A stretch of 64,000 nucleotides of DNA from Octopus vulgaris (GCA_951406725.2 OX597814.1:135284001-135348000); one strand, 5' to 3'. Positions 11,790 to 24,619 are shown, counted from the first letter of the stretch. Notes: a model not told the origin generated them from the letters alone. Program-made: numbers and translations.

Positions 11790-14017
11790 CTAGCTTTGAA
11801 GGGCACCTTTGAGGCCTTCAGTTCCACTATTGGACCACTTTGTGGCCTTCTACCCTTGTTTATGTATCTTCTGGTATTAATTATCCGATACCCCATTCCA
11901 AACTTCCTACCTGACATATATCCACACACCCATACCCGTACACTCAATATCTATACTTCACTTGCACCAGTACCTAAACCTCATGTCCCATTAACTTGTT
12001 CGTCCAACATGTAACATGAATTCCATCTCTGTAACGTGTCTGTGTATCAACCCTTGGCCTGCTTTCTGCCAGCTTTGCTGATAGACATACAGCTATTTAC
12101 TAGTTTGACTTGGAGCTTCTTATAAGACTTACAGCTAAGTTTCTAGCCTTGAAGCTTCCCTTCAGGTGGCATTCAGGCTAGCTCCTGAGGATGGCTTTTG
12201 GGAATTTTGTAGAGTATTCAGATAGATAAAACTCTAGAACTCTGTGGCTGAAGGCCCCCCAAAAATGAGCCACTTATTGGTCCTCAAAACTACAATTTAG
12301 AACCTTTTGCTCCATTAAATCTTAGTTCAAGAGTATCATTTTTCAATCTCTTAAATCATTTTGTGTTTATTAATTGTAATATTTGTGGATAGAAGTATGA
12401 AATCACAAACCATTAGGAGTAATTTAGTATGATAATTGTTAGGAGTAATTTTATTACTGATATCATACATTTATTATAGTATGAAGTATGGTTAATAATA
12501 ACAAACACATTATAACCTCTCGTGAATTTTACTATGTTGATTATGTACATTGAAAATCATTTTATTTACAATACAATAATATTAAATCATATTCATGCAT
12601 CTAATGAAAAAGCTCTAATTAGGAATCAGAACATCCCTAAACATGATATTGTCAATGTGTTCCAGCAGTTGTCCTTCTTGCTGCTTCACAGCAATCTTCA
12701 GTGCAAAAGGACTGCCTGTTTTTGAACAGGCCACATAAAGCTGACCATGGGCAAATATTGGGTTGTGCAGCCAGACTCCATTCCATGTGGAATTGCAACG
12801 GGCTTACCATTTACATTTGCAGTTCCATCGCCAAGGTTTAGGGTCCACTTATCAAATGCTTCTAGTGCGGGATGAGTACCTTCTCTCACATGCATGTTCT
12901 CCAAGAGGCTGAACACTTGGAAGTGTTTCCAGATCATAGACTTTTTGATGCAGTTCTTGATGATTTGAGCCTGAGTAGTCCCACATGCTACAGGATGGCA
13001 CTGGCAAAAATCTCCAGCCAGGATAAGAATTTTTCCACCGAAAGTTGATTTTTGTAACCCATAAGGTCTCGCAGTGTGCAATCAAGAGCTTCTAATTGAT
13101 ATTGGTGCAGCATTGTAGCCTCATCAATCAAAAGTATTTTGACACTCCTTACTAACTTTGCAACATTGCTCTGAGCTGGGATGTGGAGAGTTGATGTTTC
13201 TGTTGGATGAAGAGGTGCCTTCATTCTCAAGTGGAAAGTTCTGCCCAGATGTAAAAGGTCTGCAGCAATGCCAGTTGTTGCCATAGCTAGAGCTATACCA
13301 CCTTATGGCTCATGGTATCAGACAGCATCCAGCAAGGCATTCAGCAAGAAAGTCTTGCCACAACCACCACAAGCAGAGATAAAAACATGCAAACTCTCCT
13401 GAATTTGGACTGCTCTTATCACAGTTTTGAATATCTCCTCTTGGGCAGCTGTAAACTTATGTCTTGTGTTTGCAACATTTACCTTCAGCTGATTTACACC
13501 ATAGTCCATTTCTTCTCTGATGATGGCATCTTCAATGTTTACTTTCCCTTCTATTGTTGCTTTTTCCTCATCTGTAATTGGTTCTAATCCAAAATGAGGT
13601 GATTCTTTTTCATGAGAAAGAAGGCAAACTTGCAAGTCAAGTCTAACTATTGTCTTCAGCCGATCATTAGTACAGTCACAATTTCTTCATAGAGCATTTC
13701 TTCTAATCTGCCCAAAAATCATCAAAGAGCTTTCTGGCTTTTGTTGGCTGACAAAACATGAGTATGACAACAAATATTTTCAGACAAAGATGGGTCCCGG
13801 TAGCTTCTCTCAATACTGTAGATCATTCTTGATCATCGCTCAAGAGACCTAACTCTCTACATACTTCTTGGTAGCTGCTTAGTGTTCTACCGTCAATAGT
13901 CATTAGGTCTTCAAAACTGGTCTTTCCTTTGCAATGGTCATGGTGCAGTAGCATCCTTAAGTAGAACTCATCACCAGCTAAGGGATTTATCATATGCTTA
14001 TACAAAGCTTTTCATTT

Positions 14018-14020
<3 letters not shown>
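11790..14020 (-). mobile_element. Autonomous-type Helitron remnant (3' part)
   Basis: The minus-strand 3' end has a hairpin tgaagg..ccttca (11797-11820), then CTAG (11790-93) and T. RepHel remnants lie upstream, and the 5' side ends in (TA)n. Confidence 0.85.
12615..14005 (-). pseudogene. Helitron RepHel (PIF1-like SF1B helicase) pseudogene
   Basis: Motifs: EFYLRMLLHH..TSFEDL..YQEVCRELGLL; Walker A GGCGKTFLLNALL; ATTGIAA..GRTFH; Walker B LIDEATM; FGGK..GDFCQCHPV; IFAHGQLYVACS; and DNIMFRDVL before the stop. It has frameshifts and an internal deletion. Confidence 0.9.
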
Positions 14021-14086
<66 letters not shown>

Positions 14087-14270
14087 ATATAAATAATATA
14101 TAAATATATGCATATATACATACATATATGTATATGTTTACTGGGTGGCTTGGTGCATTGTCTAAAGCAGCTATATTTTGTGGGAAATATTGTATCTGGC
14201 ACTACCTACACCAGGGTACAGTTATAACCATTATTTTCATAATTTAACTAAATATCTTTATTTCTTTTAT

Positions 14271-14645
14271 CTTTTACTTGTTTCAATCATTAGACTGTGA
14301 CCATATAGAGCATCACCTTGAAGAATTTTATAGTTGAATGCATTGACCCCAGTACTTATTTTTTTTAAAGACTGGTACTTGTTCTATTGGTCTCTTTTGC
14401 TAAAGATACAAGCACTGGTTGTCAAGTAGTGGGTGGGTGAGACAAAGACAGACACAAAGACACAGATACACATACATATATACATAGGGTTTCTTTCAGT
14501 TTTCATTTGCCAAATCCACTCACAAGGCTTTGGTTGGCCTGAGACTATAGTAGAAGACATTTACTTATGATGCCATGCAGTTGGACTGAACTCCAAGCCA
14601 TGTGTTTGAGAAGCAAGCTTCTTACCACACAACCACACCTATGCC
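14271..14645 (-). mobile_element. tRNA-derived SINE, family A
   Basis: Reverse complement of the family A copy at 15761-16119. Confidence 0.8.
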
Positions 14646-14711
14646 TTAGTATGATGTATGTTTTAAATTTATTGAAGACCTAGCGATTAAAATGGTTTTC
14701 ATTCTTTACTT

Positions 14712-14797
14712 AATTTCTTTGAAATATTCTTATGATTGCTACATTTATTACAATTTCTTTGAAATATACTTATGATTGCTACATTTATTACAGTTTC
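14712..14797. repeat. About 40-bp tandem duplication
   Basis: atttctttgaaata(tt/ta)cttatgattgctacatttattaca occurs twice. Confidence 0.85.
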
Positions 14798-15123
14798 TGT
14801 TACAAAAAAAAACTTCACTTTCCATTTTGAAGTTGACTTAATATATTAATTTTCATTTCCAGAGAAATTTATTTTCTTGACATTTAAAAGTGTTACTCAG
14901 TCTCAAAAATATTCATCAAAAGGCAAAAAAAAAAAGCAAAAGCATTTGTTTGGAATATGGTCTACCACACTATCAAAGAAATAGAATGAAAGAAAAATTA
15001 AAGGAAAATAAAAAAACAGAAATAATGAAGTGGTGTGTATATATATATATATATATATATATTTACACACACATATACAAATATGTATACATATAAAATA
15101 TATATACATATATATATGTATAA

Positions 15124-15162
<39 letters not shown>

Positions 15163-15163
15163 A

Positions 15164-15501
15164 AGGCGCATGGCTCAGTGGTTAGAGCGTCGAGCTTACG
15201 ATCCTGAGGTTGTGAGCTCGAATCCTGGACCGGGCTGCGTGTTGTGTTCTTGAGCAAAGCACTTTATTTCACGTTGCTCCAGTTTACTCAGCTGTAGAAA
15301 TGAGTTGCGACGTCACTGGTGCCAAGCCGTATCGACCTTTGTCTTTCCTTTGGATAACACTGGTGGCGTGGAGAGGGGAGGCTGGTATGCATGGGCGACT
15401 GCTGGCCTTCCATAAACAACCTTGCCCAGACTTGTGTCTAGGAGGGTAACTTTCTAGGTGCAATCCCATGGTCATTCATGACCGAAGGGGGTCTTTACCC
15501 T
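15164..15501 (+). mobile_element. tRNA-derived SINE with CORE-like central domain, inserted in (TA)n
   Basis: A box tggctcagtgg and B box gctcgaatcc, followed by ttgagcaaagcactttatttc..ctccagtttactcagctgtagaaatgag, which resembles the CORE domain of MIR-type SINEs. Confidence 0.8.
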
Positions 15502-15760
<259 letters not shown>

Positions 15761-16119
15761 GGTGCAGGCATGGCTGTGTGGTATGACACTTGCTTCCCAA
15801 CCACATGGTTCTGGGTTCAGTCCCACTGCATAAAATCTTGGGCAAGTATCTTCTGCTCTCACCTCAGGCCAGTCAATGACTTGTGAGTGGATTTGGTAGA
15901 TGGAAACTGAAAGAAGCCCATCATATGTATATATTTGTATGTCCTCCCCACCACCATCACTTGACAACCAATGTTGGTGTGTTTACGTTCCCATAACTTA
16001 ACAGTTCAGCCAAAGAGACTGATAGAAATAGTACTAGGCTTACAAAGAATAAGTCCTGGGTTCAACTAAAGGCAGTGCTCCAGCATGGGTGAAGTCAAAT
16101 GACTGAAACAAGTAAAAGA
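15761..16119 (+). mobile_element. tRNA-derived SINE, family A
   Basis: Head ggcatggctgtgtggta..gggttcagtccc (A/B boxes); body gtggatttggtagatggaaactgaaagaagcc; tail gactgaaacaagtaaaaga. Further copies lie at 30826-31080(+), 45680-46085(-), 48700-48885(-), 50578-50955(+), 52782-52938(-), 55745-55990(+) and 57295-57400(-). Confidence 0.85.
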
Positions 16120-16134
16120 TTATATATATATAAA

Positions 16135-16459
16135 TCTCTTATATAGAATCTGCTGTGTGTGTGTATGTGTGTGTGTGTCTTCTCGGATCTCGGGCATCCT
16201 CCATCAGATTGCGCTCAAATTTGATATGTAGATACCGATGGTATCAGGGCATGTATAAGTCTTGAAAAAGTTACAAAAATCGATTCCAGGTGAGAATGCT
16301 ATCGATAAAGCTGTGGGAAATCGTTTTTCTTTGGAATAGAAAAAAAGTCTATATTTATTACTTCTTTTGCTGGTGTCTCAAATTTAGGTTAAATCAGTGT
16401 TTTTCAAAGGGGAGGCCTATGGGACTTGAACGGCTGGGTGGGTGGGGGGCTTTTGCTCG
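16135..16459 (+). mobile_element. Non-autonomous Helitron-like element
   Basis: Starts A|TCtcttatatag, has an internal (TG)n and a G-rich 3' end in CTCG|T. Same family as 36337-36893 on the opposite strand. Confidence 0.65.
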
Positions 16460-16483
16460 TACATACATGTATACATATATATA

Positions 16484-16527
<44 letters not shown>

Positions 16528-17499
16528 TCAAGTTATGATGTTTAACTTCAAGTCATATTATTGAGGAAGAACTCATAAAAGCAATTGATGAAGAGAATGA
16601 ATGTACCATTGAAAATGTCTCCTAAATCCAACATCATGGATGCAGTGGACATCTTAGCTGAGTCAAGTTATGAATGTTGTTTGGCAAAACATGGCCAGAC
16701 TATATCTGTTAATAGCAAAACCTGAATCAGTTAAATTGGCACATGAACAGACAAATCAAGGTGGGTGCCAAGAAGAGAATGGGTAGCTGCAGGCATGTAT
16801 GTTACTTATATATTCACATATATAGATACATACATTTACATACTCATACAGGGTTTGTTTTTTTTTACCAACCAGAAGTCAGCTAGTTCCCAGAATATTG
16901 TTGACATTGGCAAATGAAGTCACAGTTTGAAGAAGTCATAGAACATCATGTGATTAAGTTGCTAGAATCTCATAGAGGTTCTTTGTCCAAAGAAACACTG
17001 ATGTTAGAGTAGTGGTGAGCTGTATAGCAAGAAGAGGGTATAGAAACTTTACCCATTCTGCTTGACTGCAAAGAATATGGTTAAATGAATGGTTTTTATA
17101 GTGTGCAAGTCTTTACTAATAATGATCATAATTATGACTAGAAATTAAAAGAGATCATAAGCTCAATTCATATTGGGCTATGCATAGAGATTGTACACCA
17201 TAAATATCACACAGTTTTGAATAAATTCTTCACCCTGCAGCTGATGCTGATGATAATGATCTGTAAGGCAGAAGACAGTGCTCCTCCTCTTCCTTCCTGT
17301 AACTTGCATTATTCCACCTCCCATCACACTGCTGTCAACATCAATTGTGGCAATTATGTATTGTCTATTCTGTTTCCTGAATTAAGTTTTCTGACTCCTG
17401 TGTTCACTTGGTTGCTAGGAGATGAGGTGACTGGCTGGTTTCTTAAAGTTTGTGTTGTATATAGATTATTCACATCATAGAACACCAGTTATCTTGATC

Positions 17500-18010
17500 C
17501 CTTCTCATTTGTTGTATGATGTCTATATACACCAGAGAAGCTCTTGTCGTATTGTCCAGTATAACCATTAAAATCTGCAACCGCAATAATGAGGTTGTTG
17601 TCATTTGCTTCTCAATTATTCTGAATTAATATGTGGAAGGACCTCATAAAAGCTGTCCTTCAGTTCATCTGCCAGTCGTAAGCATGGTGTGTATGCTGAA
17701 ATAAATTTTGATGTTTTATTGTCTATACCTAGTCTAAGTATAATTATCCCATCACACATTCTGACTACTACAATCACTTTATCTATACATTTCTCAGCTG
17801 ACACTATAGTAATTTACACCCACCCAATCACTATTATCTGTCCAGAACAACTTGTATCACTGTTCAATGCCTGTGAGGAATTTGACTGAGGCCTCCTTCT
17901 AGCTTTAATTCTTGCACACAGCACACCTACACTCACCTTCACTCCAACATCTCCATAATCTCTCCAGACTTATCTTTCATTGTGCTGACATTGATGGTGA
18001 CAACCTTAAA
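17500..18010 (-). pseudogene. RTE-type LINE AP-endonuclease fragment
   Basis: Translates to KVVTINVSTMKDKSGEIMEML..VCCVQE, ISAYTP..KDSFYEVL and IIAVADFNG, with stops. Confidence 0.7.
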
Positions 18011-18089
18011 CTTTTTAGGAGGAATTCCAGTACTGGTTTAGCTGGATGTTGATTTACATTACTTTGTATGATTGCTTATTGATGATCAG

Positions 18090-18729
18090 AAAACTCTCAC
18101 ACATAGCAAGATAGTAAAATATATGAAGCCCAGTGTACCCATCATGACTACCTGTCTGATAAGGGTACCCCAGGCACATGAATCAGAACCATATGTGCAC
18201 AACATGGTGATCTCATATCAAGATAAACAGCGCATTACCTTGCAGGTGGGGTCCAGTTAGAACTTTCTTCAGGTTAAGTAGCCCATCCTGCTCAAAAGGT
18301 CCCTGAATAAGGGTTGTTTAAGGATGTTGAATGAAACACTCATGTTTCCAGTGGTGACTTATCCAAACCCCAAAGAATTCCTCTCAACACATGGCTATAA
18401 TGCTCCCCAACTACTTCTGCTTGTGATCTGAGATGCACATATCATCAGCCACTAAGGGACATGCTCAACTGGTTATGGTCGGATGTTGAATGAAACACTC
18501 ATGTTTCCAGTGGTGACTTATCCAAACCCCAAAGAATTCCTCTCAACACATGGCTATAATGCTCCCCAACTACTTCTGCTTGTGATCTGAGATGCACATA
18601 TCATCAGCCACTAAGGGACATGCTCAACTGGTTATGGTCAAACAACTGACAAGCAAATCTGTGGTATTGAGCAGAATATTTGCTGTAACCCACCTCTTAT
18701 ACCAAGACAAAACAATGTACATAACACTT

Positions 18730-18730
<1 letters not shown>
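18090..18730. mobile_element. Dispersed repeat (SINE-like) with an internal 159-bp tandem duplication
   Basis: 18322-18480 is repeated at 18481-18639 and looks identical by eye. The family assignment is from memory only. Confidence 0.5.

Positions 18731-18731
<1 letters not shown>

Positions 18732-18806
<75 letters not shown>
18732..18806. repeat. (ATT)n microsatellite
   Basis: Directly visible. Confidence 0.95.
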
Positions 18807-18808
<2 letters not shown>

Positions 18809-19605
18809 TTTTGACTCAGGTTTGTTCTTATTCCTGGTAGAATTTATGTGGGAAGTGGGTTACTAACTGTAACCTTAGATATCCACAAGCTTTCAATAAT
18901 CTTTTAAATGCACAAAGCCCTTCTGATAATCTTTCCTGTCCCTAAGAGGCAAACTTTCTGTAGAAACTCTACAGCTTACAGTTCCTAATGCTCCAATTAT
19001 TACAGGCACAACCTTTACAATTTTCATATTCCAAATTCTTGCAATTTCAAATTTTAAGGGATTGTATTTTTTAATTTTTCTTCTTTCTTTACAATCAAAG
19101 GGACATGATAGATCAATTAGTAAGCAACTTATTGTTGTATTGTTGTATTTCTAGCTTATCCGTTTGAATAGGAATATCCCATAAAATCGTGTATTTCTCC
19201 AACTCAAGCACTCCTTCTACCTGATGATTGTACCAAGTACTTCCAGCTTCAAATCCCCATTTCTGACAAGGCTTCCAGTGCAAGACTTTCACAACTTGAT
19301 CATGCCTCCATTTTTTAATATTTTTCCTGTGCTAACTTGGGGCAATCTGCAACAATGTATTTCATCCCAAATTCTGCACACTCTACATTTTGCTGACACT
19401 TTATCCCCATACACATATTTTCTCAAGTTATTTGTTTTTAAAACTTGATCTTGAGCTGTTATAATAAGGCTCTCTGCTCCTTTTTTTCAGTTGTCTTTTT
19501 GTGGCTTTCCAAAACTGACCATGCAAAAGTTTCTCTTCAATCTGCTTAACACGCTCTCTTTGAATTTCATTCTTGCTCTTCTCTCTTATTCTACCCTTGA
19601 TCACC
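18807..19605 (-). mobile_element. R4/Dong-like non-LTR retrotransposon 3' fragment (zinc knuckle plus restriction-like endonuclease)
   Basis: The minus strand reads piecewise LHGQF, AQDQVLKT, KCRVC..HIVADCPKLA, RHDQVVKVLHW, ILWDIPIQTD, LLIDLSCPFD, KKYNPLKFEIARIW and VVPVIIGALGTV. Confidence 0.8.
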
Positions 19606-19613
19606 TCTTTTAC

Positions 19614-19813
19614 TCTTTTACTTGTTTCAGTCAGTTGACTGTGGCCATGCTGGAGCACCACCTTTAGTTGAGCAAATCGACCCCAGGACTTATTCTTTGG
19701 AAGCCTAGTACTTATTCTATTGGTCTCTTTTGCAGAACTGCTAAATTACGGGGATGTAAACACACCAGCATCAGTTGTCAAGCGATGTTGGGGGGACAAA
19801 CACAGACACACAA

Positions 19814-19896
<83 letters not shown>

Positions 19897-20059
19897 CAAC
19901 GGGCTTCTTTCAGTTTCCATCTACCAAATCCACTCACAAGGCTTTAGTCGACCTGAGGCTACAGTAGAAGACACTTGCCCAAGGTGACACGCAATGGGAC
20001 TGAACCCGGAACCATGTGGTTGGTAAGCAAGCTACTTACCACACAGCCACTCCTATACC
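19614..20059 (-). mobile_element. tRNA-derived SINE, family A, well preserved, with internal (CA)n
   Basis: Full head, body and tail are present in reverse complement. Confidence 0.88.
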
Positions 20060-20109
20060 TATTCTAGTCCTGTTCTTTATTCACTGCTTTTATTAATTTC
20101 TCTGGAAAA

Positions 20110-20780
20110 AAAACGATTTGCAGTATTTGTTCTAGCCCTTTATGTCTTGAATTTAAATTTCTCTGTGGTCAACTTTGCCCTTCATCTCTCCAGAGCCAAT
20201 AAAATGAAGTACCAGTTAATTACTGAGATTAACATTATCTGATGTTCCTCTCCCTTCTAAACTTCTGGCATTGTGCCTCTATTAGAAACAACTATTAAGG
20301 GTGTATAGGCAGCATTGTGAGGGCATCAGACAAAATACCTTGCAATGTTCCTTCTGGCACTTTATATTCTGAGTTCAAGTCCTACTAAGGTTGACTTTAC
20401 CTTTCATTCTTACGGGGTCCATAAAATAAATACCAGTTGAGCACTGGGGTTGATGTAACTGACTAGCCCCCTTTCAGCTAAATTCCAGGCCTATAAATAG
20501 TACAAAGGATTATTATTATTGTTATTGCTGTTGTTTTTGTTATTATAATAATAATTATTATTAAGGTGGTGAGCTGGCAGAATCGTTAGCATGATGGGCA
20601 TAATGCTTAGTGGTATTTTGTCTGTCTTCATATTCTGAGTTCAAATTCCACTGAGGTCAACTTTGCCTTTCATCCTTTCGGGGTCAATAAAATAAGTATT
20701 AGTTGAGTACTGGGATTGATGCAATCGACTATCCCCCATCCCCACAATTTCAGGCCTTGTGTCTATAGTAAAAAGTATCA

Positions 20781-20838
<58 letters not shown>

Positions 20839-20905
20839 GGTGGTGAGCTAGCAGAATCATTAGCTCATCAGACAGAATGCTTGGTGCATTTCTTCTGGCT
20901 TTTTA
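20110..20905 (+). mobile_element. Head-to-tail cluster of four family B SINE copies or fragments
   Basis: The unit ggtgagctggcagaatcgttagc..ttctgagttcaaattcc..gcctttcatcctttcggggtc.ataaaataagtac repeats with (ATT)n tails. The best copy is 20565-20838. Confidence 0.8.
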
Positions 20906-21806
20906 CACACACACACGGGTGTACACATACACACACACTAAAAATTTAAGCTTTTTCCATAATGTTAAATTGCATAATGAAAGTGGATCAGATGGTAAGA
21001 AATTACACAAAAAATTTGTGCCATAATTATTTAAAATATAGAATGTACTAAATACTTTAAGAAATAAATATCTGATGCTCACAAAATTGGTCTGTTCTAG
21101 AATAAAAATGCCAAAAAGAAATTTTTTACCTAGAACAGAAAAAAAAAAATGTATTCATATCTTCAAAAGATCAAATCCCATTTGTATAATGCTGTAATGG
21201 ATTAGGTGATTGTTTCTGAATTACTAACTTACTGGACATAGTAACAGACTATAAACATCAATTTTTATGTACATGCAAACATAAACACAGACAAGGGAAA
21301 ACACATACATATGCACACACAGATAAGATGATCATATTTTTATTCACATTTGATAATTGTTTAAATCTTGTTTGTATGGTTTTATCATTGATAATATCGT
21401 TAAAAATGTATTTCCTTGATTTATATAATTTCAATTTGCTTGGTGATTCACAGAACCAGATTGCCATATAAACCCAGTCCTATCCATCCTTCTGTTTGTC
21501 TGTACACATGCATGCACTTTATCCTGACATACAAAGTGGTATGTGTACACATATGCATAGACATGCACTTTGTATGTTGGGTTATGTGTATATATTGCCT
21601 ATGTAGCTACTCTTTTCATACATACTGAGCAAGGCAGTTTCTAGATGCTATGTATAATGTGTTTCTGCATTGTTAAAATTTAGTCTTTTAGAAACTAGAC
21701 AATTCAAAGTGCTTCAACAAATTTTACAATGGAAACTATTCATCAGCTTGTAGATGTCAACTTTATTTAGTCCTTACCTGGAATAATATCTAGTCCTAAC
21801 TTGTCA

Positions 21807-22130
21807 AGGCACACAGCTTTGTGGTTAGGGTATTTGGCTCACAATCATAAGGTTGTGAGTTCAATTCCCAGCAGTGTGTTGTGTTTTTGAGCAAGACACT
21901 TTATTTCACATTGCTCCATTTCACTCAGCTGGCAAAAATGAGTAGTACCTGTATTTCAAAGGGCCAGCCTTGTCACATTCTGTGTCACACCAAATCTCCC
22001 TGAGAACTACATTAAGGATACATATGTCTGTTGAGTGCTTGACCAGTTGCATGTTAATTTCATGAGCAGGCTGTTCCATTGATCAGATTAGCTGGAGCCC
22101 TCATTGTCATAACTGATGGAGTGCCAGTTA
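21807..22130 (+). mobile_element. tRNA-derived SINE with CORE-like domain (different tail from 15164)
   Basis: Head gtggttagggt..gagttcaattcc, then ttgagcaagacactttatttcacattgctcca..ctcagctggcaaaaatgagt as in 15164; the 3' half is unrelated. Confidence 0.75.
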
Positions 22131-22272
22131 GTCATAACCTGAAACTATAGCATATAGAGACAAGCTGAGAGTAAATCCTTATTGAACATCTAGCCGCACA
22201 CTGAATTTGTCACTGAATTTAATGCCAATTTCAACCTTGCTTACAATACACTTGTACATAAATTAAACCAGT

Positions 22273-22493
22273 TTAATTCTTTAGCATTTAAACTGGCCAT
22301 ATCCAGCCAAAATATTCTACTTGTTTATTCCTCAAACTGGCCAAATCTGGTCTCTTACACCTACCCTACAATGTAATTATAAAAATAAGCAATCAAATCA
22401 TTGAAATCTCAAAGCTACAAGATAATGCATAATTAATTCAAAAGAATGTGATTAAATAAACATTACGTTTCACAGAATAAGCTGAATGTTAAG
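22273..22493. mobile_element. MITE-like element with degenerate TTAA-bounded TIRs, between two ~80-bp direct repeats
   Basis: Ends read ttaattctttagcatt and aatgttaag. 22196-22276 is repeated at 22520-22600. Confidence 0.5.
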
Positions 22494-23221
22494 CCACTCA
22501 TATATTCTTAACTCTACCTGCACACTAAATTTGTCACTGAATTTAATGCCAATTTTGGCCTTGCTTACAATACTCATGTACATATATTAAACCAGTTTAA
22601 TGAGGTACTCATATATTCTTAACCCTTTTGGTCCCTATTAGCTTAGAGTGTGCAAATGACAGGGAAAAATTACCTAGGGAGCTCATCTGCAATCTTTTGC
22701 CTATCTTGTGAGGAAATTTATGTTACCCTCAAGGAGTATAAAACTACATAGGGTGTGCATTTATTTTCCAGTTTAATGGTGCTGTTGATGATACAATTGA
22801 TGTAAATTGTTTTCTAAGCAGAAAAAAAACAAAACAAGGATGGTTTCAAAAGATGAATGTCTGAATGTGATAAAGACTAAATAGACACTCTTAGATTCAG
22901 TTCCCTCAGACATTATGACGTATTCTTTTCTTGCATAAAAATGAAAATTCCATCACAGATAGAATGAAAAAAAGAACAAGAAAAAATAAAACAACTGAAT
23001 AATAAACACAAAAGGAAAATGTATAAGAAGAAAATCTGTAGTAGAACAAAACAAAAAAACAAATTAAAATGAAGTAAAAAGCAAGATAGACAAAAGAAAG
23101 ATATATTTCATCATGTTTCATTTAATTATTCCCTTTGGCAGAACATGACTCAAAGCTTCAGTCTATTAATATGAAGTAATGAAAATATAGATCATGTGTG
23201 TGCGTGCATGCACACACATAT

Positions 23222-23254
<33 letters not shown>

Positions 23255-23326
23255 TTATATTTATTTATAGATATTAATGTATATGTATGTAAATAGATGT
23301 TTGTATATATACATATATTTACCCCC

Positions 23327-23380
<54 letters not shown>

Positions 23381-24095
23381 ACACAATATGTGATGCACTG
23401 TTAATAATAAGAAACAATTAAACAAATTTTCACTGTTCTTGCTCTGAGTTTGCATTACTGCTTTTAGATACGATTCAAGTGTCGAATAATGGAAACACGA
23501 AACTTACCATGCCAATGTGTAAAATCACAGTTTTAATGGCTGTTGCCTGAATGTTGGATGATTATATATGTATTTTTTATTTACATTTTATTGACATTTT
23601 TAACACTTTCTTCCATTATCGGATTTATCAAAATATTGTATAAAGTTAGATTTCTTGGTCTTTTTATATGTAAAGAATTTTGTGGGGTTTGCCAAGCAAG
23701 GGAGAAGAAGAAAAAATCTTTTTGAGAAGGGGAGAGAGAGGTAAAGAGGTGTGACTTTTGTATTGGTATGGTCAGGCTTGTTTGTGTAGTACTTAGTAAC
23801 CTTTTAAGGTGGGGTAGGAAAAAGAATTTTTGTATTTGAATTGGTCAAAGTTTTAATTGAAAAATCAGATGTTGTTTTTGACTTACTTCAGTGAAAATTA
23901 TAATTGCATTTCCAGGTCTTGTTCTTTTGTATTCATTAGTTGTATGGCTGCATTAGTTGTATGGATGTGGTCGACTTTTTTTGATTGAAATTCTAAATGT
24001 TTTCAAAAGAGTGATTTTTTAGTCCACTATATACTCACACAGCAATTGTTAGCCACTACACACATTTTTTTTCTCACCTTGTTTTTTCTGTGTAC

Positions 24096-24131
24096 CTTTC
24101 TGTAGAAGAGTGTAGGCTCGAAACATAAAAG
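24096..24131 (+). ncRNA. Minimal hammerhead-like motif with a non-canonical core (CUGUAGA)
   Basis: Reads cttt-CTGTAGA-A-GAG-tgtagg-CTC-GAAA-C-ATA-aaag. A sister copy at 61384-61407 has GAG-cgtagg-CTC-GAAAC-GTT-aaag and the same ~95-nt downstream tail, ending in (TA)n. Confidence 0.55.
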
Positions 24132-24619
24132 ACTTTTTCTATTCCTGAGCGTTATACTAATACATCTGTTTGTTTTGTACACCACCTGTCTTCGTCTTTT
24201 GTTTATTTTCATAAACTTTCCCTTTATATATACATACACACACACACACACATACATATATATAAAACATACACTCAAAGACATCTGTATGTGTACATGT
24301 TCATATTTGTGCACACATACATAAGTACACATTATGATTTAAAAAAAAAAAATAATTACTATAATTAAAGATTCATCTCTGTGGTTAAATAAATTAGGAA
24401 GGTTTTTCGTCATTTTAGCCATTACTCTTGATTTTTGTCTGATTTTTATCCTTCAGACTGCAAAAATGGAATTTTGATAAAAAGCAATACACAATGCTGT
24501 CACAATTATATTTCCAAATTCATCTATTTCTGGTTGGCTGTTTTGTTTTGAATATATTTTAAAGCTCCAACCTAGAATTTTCTAAAGGAGAAAGTGAGCC
24601 AAGTACAGAAGAGGGAAAG

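Noticed and set aside
15164-15240. Possible tRNA gene (also 53305-53378 and 21807-21875)
   Set aside because: A/B boxes are present but there is no complete acceptor stem, and each runs into a repeat body. They are treated as SINE heads.
18322-18639. Direct repeats considered as a CRISPR-like array
   Set aside because: There are only two contiguous units with no spacers and no cas genes, in a eukaryotic context.
23588-23630. Minus-strand CCGATAA..AAAATGTC downstream of a possible PLE remnant
   Set aside because: It needs too many assumed substitutions to form a hammerhead.
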